Position numbers and translations under genes: made by a program
Shown: one piece after another, positions 55,871 to 64,000 of the stretch
Layout of the letters: each line of letters starts with the position of its first letter
How positions within the stretch are numbered: position 1 is the first letter of the stretch
Assembly (NCBI RefSeq): GCF_009914755.1
Contig: NC_060928.1
Length of the DNA: 64,000 nucleotides
Source: the human T2T-CHM13v2.0 reference genome, Homo sapiens
Reading direction: 5' to 3' (one strand)
The notes under the pieces: model-generated
What the model was told of the DNA's origin: nothing
The model's database searches: none
What the model saw: only the letters and a program-made list of their open reading frames with translations

Positions 55871-56747
55871 GTGGGTGAGCGACTCTCTTCACTCTCCGAT
55901 GCTCTCTCCCTCTAGCCTTTTGTAGTTTCCCCACATTAAAGTGGTTTTGTTTGCGGTGAGATAAACAACACCGGACTTCCACACTCTCTTTCTTGGAAAA
56001 CTTCGGCACAGAAAGAATGTATTTGTGAGTTTTCTCAAAAGGCAAGAGAAGCAAGTGAATATAAAATGATCCCAGTCATGCATATTTCAAAACAGGGAAA
56101 CTGCTGCAGAACCCACATGCTACTTTTTTTATGGTGTTGGTTTGTTCTGCGTACTTTGAAAACCGTAACACATCTCATTTCACAAATTATCCAGGATTCA
56201 TATACTATTCTTCTAAAGAAAAAAGAAAAGAATCCATCACTGATTTTACTTTTGTTCTAAAAATGTTATTGAAACCTTTTCTTCATTCTGAATTATTTGA
56301 ACTCAACTATGTGATTCTTGTCGGAAGTATATACAGATCTCACAAATATATTTAGATTCCTTTCCACAAGAGTAGTTTAGTTAGGGGAGTTTCCTATTAA
56401 ATAATATTTTCATTGTAAACATTTGAGACTTTAAAAATTGTCCAAATAATTGGGGGTAAATCAAAAAGGAATTTGAAAAGCTATGAAATAGAAAGAACAG
56501 AATAAAAATTTCTCCATCTTGACAGCCTTAAAATCAGTGGCAGTGACTGCCAGAATGTGATTGTGGAGCACCAATTTTGTGATACTTGGGCCTCTTGAGT
56601 AAAAAAAGAGGTGCATGTCACATTAGTTTGGGAAATGCTGAATTAAACAAAGTTGCACCATTTTCTTTACTGTAGGACTCCTTAGGGTCCTACATATGCT
56701 CATGAGTGGTGACTATACCAACGCAGGTATAAAGTGTGGTGTTTCCC

Positions 56748-57106
56748 CATGGAATACTATGCAGCCATAAAAAAGGATGAGTTCATGTCCTTTGGAGGGA
56801 CATGGATGAAGCTGGAAACCATCTTTCTCAGCAAACTAACACAAGAACAGAAAACCAAACACCACATGTTCTCACTCATAAGTGGGAGCTGAACAATGAG
56901 AACACATGGACACAGGGAGGGGAGCATCACACACTGGGGCCTGTCAGAGGGTGGGAGGCTGGGGGAGGGATAGCATTAGGAGAAATACCTAATGTAGATG
57001 ATGGATTGATGGGTGCAGCAAACCACCGTGGCACATGTATACCTATGTAACAAACCTGCATGTTCTGCACATGTACCCCAGAACTTAAAGTATAATTTTA
57101 AAAAAA
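56748..57106 (+). mobile_element. 5'-truncated L1PA (primate LINE-1) 3' end
   Basis: catggaatactatgcagccataaaaaaggatgagttcatgtcc...aacttaaagtataat + A tail; perfect 17-bp TSD aaagtgtggtgtttccc (56731-56747, 57107-57123). Confidence 0.96.
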
Positions 57107-57471
57107 AAAGTGTGGTGTTTCCCAGATGGATTTTACCACAAAACTTTTTTTTTAAAGAAGTGTATTCTGGGACTAGTGTTTTATGGGATTTCCTTGGGAA
57201 AGGCAGATTTTTCACACAGGGGTGGTATATGGGTCATGAAGGCAAGGGTGGTATTGGGAGCATACCTCCTAGCCCCACACCTGGTTGCCCCTTTACCACT
57301 TTGCATTGTCATTCATTGCCACCTTCCCCTCCCACTAGAGGTCCTGGAGGCAGGGGTGCCCCTTGTTCCTGTTGTACCCAGTGGCAAGACTGGGGCCCAT
57401 TCATAGTAGGTAGCACTTAACTTGCTTGAGCATTTTTTCTGTGCCACACACTATTTATGAGGTATACATGA

Positions 57472-57862
<391 letters not shown>

Positions 57863-58179
57863 TAGATGTATGCGACATGAGTGAGTGAAATTTGCTTTAC
57901 TCTTGCAGAGCTAAGACTGTGGGCCTCTAATTCTCATTGAAGGTGGTTTCATGTGACAACACCCCTTCCGTCGTCATTCGGGTAAATTTCTTTAGTCCTT
58001 GATAAAAACTAATTTTTGTAATTAATGCTTCTTTAAAAATAACATGAAAAAAGAAACTAAAAGAACATCCACTGCACCGTGGAGCACTTCTTGTCACGTT
58101 GCAGGGCCCGTGGGAGGAACTCAAAAAGGTCTCACTGGCGGATTGATTTCTGCCCTACCAAGCCTGTGCTATTCATTAG

Positions 58180-58496
<317 letters not shown>

Positions 58497-58640
58497 CGCT
58501 TTTGTTTTTATAATTAATTTTTACTTTTACAAAGGTAATTATTTACATAATTTAAGAAGTCAAAAATGCACACACACATCACACACACTACTGTCTAGCA
58601 TAATGAAAAATAACAATTGCCTGATCGCTTCCCCACCAAT

Positions 58641-58942
<302 letters not shown>

Positions 58943-60271
58943 TAATCTCTTCAGACTCCTCTAGTTGTTTCCTTGGCATGTATCTAATTTCTAAATGTGC
59001 TTGTAATGCTTTATCTTGGTTTATTACTTTGGATTTTATCTTTTCTCTTCCTGGTAGCCTAAGGGAAATTTAGCTTCCTTATGTACTCACCTCACCTCCC
59101 TTTATCTTCCGCATGTACAAGAACTTACAGATAAATCAATAATCAGTATTGGTATTAATGATGACTACATAACTTTTATTCTTTGAAGGGCCAAGTATTG
59201 TGCTATGAATACACTTACTTTCCTTACACAGCCATTCGTTTTGTCTGCAGTTAATGATTGCCTTTTTAAAAAATTGCATAGATTTTAAAAAATAGCCTTT
59301 AACTTTTTCCCCAGTGCTCATCAGAAGTGCCAGATTCCCACCAGAATTTTTTTCCCCAAGTACTCTAGTATCTCAGGCAATCTAGGTATTCCTCCCTGTT
59401 CTTGGAGACTTAGCTTTGAGAGCGCCCTGTCCTCCTCCTCTGATCGGGACTAGTAGCTTTTAAGGCTGGCTAACAGCTGATATCTGGGAGTTTTCTTTTC
59501 ACCATTCCTGTGTTGGATCCTCTGTCTTCTAGGCCCCATGTCTTCCTGTTCCTGGATTTATTTCCCGATTTTGCTGGGCCACATCTCTAGTAGCTTCCTG
59601 GGAATATTAATTTTGGGAGTTTGGGAGAGGATTGTTCTGTTCTGTGCCTTGCATCCGCTTCTTTAAAGTTTTTTTTTTTCTAGTTTTTGCTTTGTTTTGA
59701 TCTCTGGAGGCACTAAAGTGTTGCTTGGAAGTTCTGTGGGAGGTGGGCTTATCCCTCGTGGGCCTGCCTGCAGAGCGATCTGTAGAGGATAATGGTTGGG
59801 CTTTTCTCTTGCGCCAGTTTCCCTGGAAGAGTCTACCAGGCTCCAGAGTGTGACAGCAGTCCAGAGGGAGAGTAAGGCATATGATTTTTCACATAACCCT
59901 ATTTCATTCAGTAACTGATTTCTCCTTTCAGCTATGCTTGGTATCCCTAAGTTAACAACCTGTGGGTTAACCTCTCCAGTATATAAAATTGCTGCCGTCT
60001 GCCTAGGTTGAGAGGTAACTGTATTAGATGAAGGAATAGGACTGAGTGTCTAAATGCTCCTTAGAAAGTTTTGCAAACAATAGTTCTGCTTTCAGTCCTG
60101 TTTTACACCTCGCCGTTAACAATACCTGAATTTGAGAGACTTTGCAGCCTTCTTTCCTCCCACCAGCTTTTAATTTATTTCTTGTGACAGAAAAGTTACA
60201 AAGTACATGAAAGGAACACTAGTCTGCTATTCACCTAGATTTACTAATTGTTAACATTTTGCTGCATTTGT

Positions 60272-60317
<46 letters not shown>

Positions 60318-60348
60318 ACCTATCTGTCGATCTATCATTCTATCATTC

Positions 60349-60400
<52 letters not shown>
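60272..60400. repeat. Compound (TCTA)11-spacer-(TCTA)12 tetranucleotide microsatellite
   Basis: Counted directly. Confidence 0.96.
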
Positions 60401-60888
60401 CTAGTATCTATTTTCTGTACATTTGAGAGTAGTTGCAAGCATCATGGCACTAATGTTTTAGAGCTGCATTTCCTAAATGTTTCAGAGGTACATTTCCCAA
60501 GAGCAAGGACATTCTCTTACACATAATAAGACTAGAATTACTGAATTCAGAAAGTTGATCATTGATATGATACTATTTCTAGTGTGCAGTTAACATTCAC
60601 GTTTTTTCTGTTGTCCCAATAATATCGTCTATAACTGTTTTTTAAAATTCTTATATTTAAATTCCAAACTCTAAGGATCACATGTTATATTGACTTGCAT
60701 TTCTTCAGCTTCTTTTAATGTCAGAGTTTTCCAACCTCCTTTTGCATTTTATGAAACTGATTTTTTCGAGCATTACAGGCCAATTGTTTTGCAGAATATT
60801 CCTCAGTTTGAAGTCCAATTATTTCTCCATGGTTAGATTTAGATTAAGCATTTTTTTGCAAGAATACTGTGTAAGTTGTGTGGTGTTC

Positions 60889-61064
60889 TGGACACAGGAA
60901 GGGGAACATCACACAGTGTTGTGGGGTGGGGGTGGGGGGAGGGATAGCATTAGGAGATATACCTAATGTAAATGATGAGTTAATGGGTGCAGCACACCAA
61001 CATGGCACATGTATACATATGTAACAAACCTGCATGTTGTACACATGTACCCTAAAACTTAAAG

Positions 61065-61098
<34 letters not shown>

Positions 61099-61105
61099 GA
61101 AAAAA
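60889..61105 (+). mobile_element. Short L1PA 3' end with (AAT)n tail
   Basis: tggacacaggaaggggaacatcacac...gggatagcattaggagatatacctaatgt...accctaaaacttaaagtataataat. Confidence 0.93.
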
Positions 61106-61685
61106 CACTGGGAGGCACGTGGTGGCTTTTTGTCTCATTGATGATACTAAGTTTGATCATTTGGTTATGGTGGTGGCAGCCTGATTTCTCCATTGTCTTT
61201 TTCTTTTTGTAATTAAAAATAATCTGTTGATATTTTGAGGCTGTATGAATAGCTTGTTTTCCAACAGCCTTTGACCCTGTGGTTTTATCATGCATCAGTA
61301 ATTCTTGCTTTAATCACTTGTTGCAATGGTGGTTACAAATGTGATATTCGAATTCGATAGTTTCTTCTAAAGTTATGAATTGATGTTCATTTGTTGAACG
61401 AAAATAAGCACTGTCCTTTCTAAGCACTCTATAATTTTTTGTTTGTTTTTGTGCCATAATGGACTCATGGATTTCTTTTTATTCAGTGGGTTATAGTCTT
61501 TTGCAGGCATGGTATTCTATGCTGAACTGGTTCCTGATTTGACCACAGAAATCCTTTCAATCTTGTCCCCGTGTCTTTTGAGGTGTCCTCATCAGTTTTT
61601 GAGCCTTTTCTGACACTAAATGATGTTCCATGTTCACCTATGTTTTTCCTGCCTTGGACCTATTTGTGATGATCAATTATTTCTC

Positions 61686-62128
61686 TAAGGCACCGTGGTT
61701 TCCTTCAGGGCGGATGGTAGAATGGTATTTAGAACCCAATATCGTGAATAAGGCACCCTGGTTTCTTTCAGGGGGGATGATAAAATGGTATTTAGAACCC
61801 AAGAGAGTGAATAAGGCACCCTGGTTTCTTTCAGGGGGGATGGTAGAATGGTATTTAGAACCCACTATCGTGAATGAGGCACCCTGGTTTCTTTCAGGGG
61901 GGATGGTAGAATGGTATTTAGAACCCAAGATCGTGAATGAGGCACCCTGGTTTCTTTCAGGGGGGATGGTAGAATGGTATTTACAACCCAAGATCGTGAA
62001 TAAGGCACCCTGGTTTCTTTCAGGGGGGATGGTAGAATAGTATTTAGAACCCAAGATCATGAATAAGGCACCCTGGTTTCTTTCAGGGGGAATGGTAGAA
62101 TGGTATTTACAACCCAAGATCGTGAATG
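61686..62128. repeat. 63-bp VNTR, 7 copies
   Basis: Unit t(a/g)aggcaccctggtttctttcagggggg atggtagaatggtatttagaacccaagatcgtgaa starts at 61686, 61749, 61812, 61875, 61938, 62001 and 62064. Confidence 0.97.
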
Positions 62129-64000
62129 CTATGGGAGCTCTTTGTACTGGGGTGGCGTTGCCTCCTGAGCTTTTCAGTGGACGGAGCTAGGAGAAATATA
62201 CATATAAAATCAGGAGTTCATAGAGATATCACTGGGCTCTTTGTCTCCTCTCATGATTAATTTTCTCAGTCACACCATATATACCATATATATAAAATAC
62301 CATATATATAAAATAGTAATTTTAGAATTACTATACCCATACCACCCTCTGTGGTTGGCTTTTCCTCTTGTATATATATTTATACTTTCTTCACTCCTGT
62401 AATTCAGCTACTTCTCATCCATCTGCTTTTCCAACTTCCAAAATTATTTCATGACTTATCTGCTTTCATCTTCCCTCTCATTCTCTTCTCCTTTTCTATT
62501 CCACCTACTGTCATTTTGGTGAGAGTTGGGGAGACACTGTTTGCAGTCTGCCATGTTTAACTGAAAAGCCCATCTTAGATCTTCCGTCTGTTGGTTACTT
62601 GAAGTAAGAAGACAGAGAATAAGCAGTATTTACCTTTAACACCCCAAGTAGCTCTGCTCATGATGTCTGCCTCGGTGTCCCGGGCCCGCACTCCTCCAGT
62701 ATCCCTCACTGGCAATTAGAACTCTGTACGGCTTCCTTGAAGTTTCTCTTCCTAACTCTCTCAGTGGGTGGGACTCCTTTTCAGTGATATTGACGGTAGA
62801 CCTGAAAATTCAGGGATGTGGGCAGTTCTGGAGAGAATAGGCCAGGCTCTCTGTGGATACATTTGCACTGTGCTTGAGGACTGAATGCTACAAATCAGAC
62901 AGTCCTGGATTATTTCAGACTGAAAAAAATTAGGAGACTAACCTGGGAAGAGGCAGAAGGCACGCCAGCTCTCTCAGCATGTTTTTGATGTCTCGGTGTT
63001 CTCATTTCATTGAAATTAGTGCAGACCTCTCCCCTCAGCTGTAACACTTGGATTTTCTAAGCCACTTTGATGTCTCCTATCTCTGCTTATTTACAATGAA
63101 CATAGCTTCGAATTTTCATTTTCTTTCTACTCTGTTAAATGTGTTATGTGGAAATCTGAAATCTGAAGACAAATTTTTACCTTAGAATTCTAAGAATGCC
63201 TTTGGTATCAACGCCAGTTAGGAAGGTCTAACTCAGGGCGGAAGGGGGGGTTTTCAAAAAGGTGATATTCGTGAGGCAGCCATCGCCTTCGAAACACTTT
63301 GAGAGGTTTAATTTATTTCTCATGCTTTGGTAAACAAAAGCTGGCATTTTCTTTCCATGGTTTTTCCACTGCAAGGCTGCCGTTCCTCCCCTTCCCCCGC
63401 AGTGGTGCATTTTGGTGATCAAATCTAAAACATGTGTCAGGTTTGCGGGCATGCTTTTTACCAGGAACCTCCTTTAATACTTGCCATATTGGCAGTTTTC
63501 ACAAGATCTTCTCGCTGTGCTTTATTTATTTATTTATTTACTCTGCTTGCATTGTGGAATTATGGGTAGAGCTGTTTTACATCAGAATCATGTTAAATAA
63601 AAATATTGAAAGAACATTTTGACCAAGAATAATGTGAATATTTCAACATAAATATCTATGCTGAATTGGCTTCTAGATTTCAGAACAGGAAGAACATCTT
63701 CAGTGATGTTCATGATTTGGATTTGCTTTGCTGCGGAGTAGGTTTAGCGACAAATTCCATCTGGCTGGAGCTACATGCAGTCTCTCTATTGATTGGTTAT
63801 ATTGGGACTTCATGGGAGTGTCCTTCAATTTGCTTTTCCCAGCATTTTTAAAAGCTCCATTGGAAAAAAAAATAGAGACTAGAAAAGAAAAAAGGAACCT
63901 GCATTGTTTCAGTTTGCATCCAACATGCAAAACATAGTTCTAAATTTTTAATTAGCTAAGTGAGTGGTGAAAAGGAAAAGTAATATAACAAGCCTCCGTG

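Larger units (their letters stand above)
60170..62220 (-). mobile_element. Old L1M (L1MC/ME-like) 3' region hosting an STR, an L1PA insert and a VNTR
   Basis: acagaaaagttacaaag, ttcacctagatttactaattgttaacattttg, ccaagagcaaggacattctcttacacataa, taagtttgatcatttggtta are typical of old antisense L1 3'UTRs. Confidence 0.7.

Noticed and set aside
61686-62128. Regular repeats as a CRISPR array
   Set aside because: Head-to-tail tandem units without unique spacers, in a eukaryotic intron, with no cas genes.

Overview
Primate, almost certainly human, genomic DNA (dense Alu, L1, L2, MIR, MLT1 and Tigger/Charlie relics). The only gene I can support is STOX2 (storkhead box 2, winged-helix factor; 4q35 from memory) on the + strand. 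It has a CpG-island promoter (~9.1-11.0 kb), a long uORF-rich 5' leader and a first coding exon at 10759-10924 (MKKTRSTTLRRAWPSSDFSDRASDRMRSRSEKDYRLHKRFPAAFAPQASRGYMTS-G, phase-1 donor). The remaining ~53 kb is intron 1, and no downstream coding exon was found in the window. Almost all other ORFs in the track are repeat-derived or GC-island artefacts. The most interesting signals concern splicing and translational control: (1) a recursive-splice-site-like motif (YnCAG|GTAAGT, in-frame TGA) at 31838 whose branch-point region can fold back on it like a U1 mimic; (2) a cryptic 625-nt intron in the 5' leader that would create a 72-aa uORF in frame with STOX2 and separated from it by one TAG; (3) a phase-matched, Cys-rich candidate alternative first exon at 11487-11592. 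Also present are a triple-nested MER2/MER2/Alu with hairpin potential, a 63-bp VNTR and several local duplications. Repeat family and subfamily calls were made by eye from remembered consensus sequences, and their boundaries are approximate.
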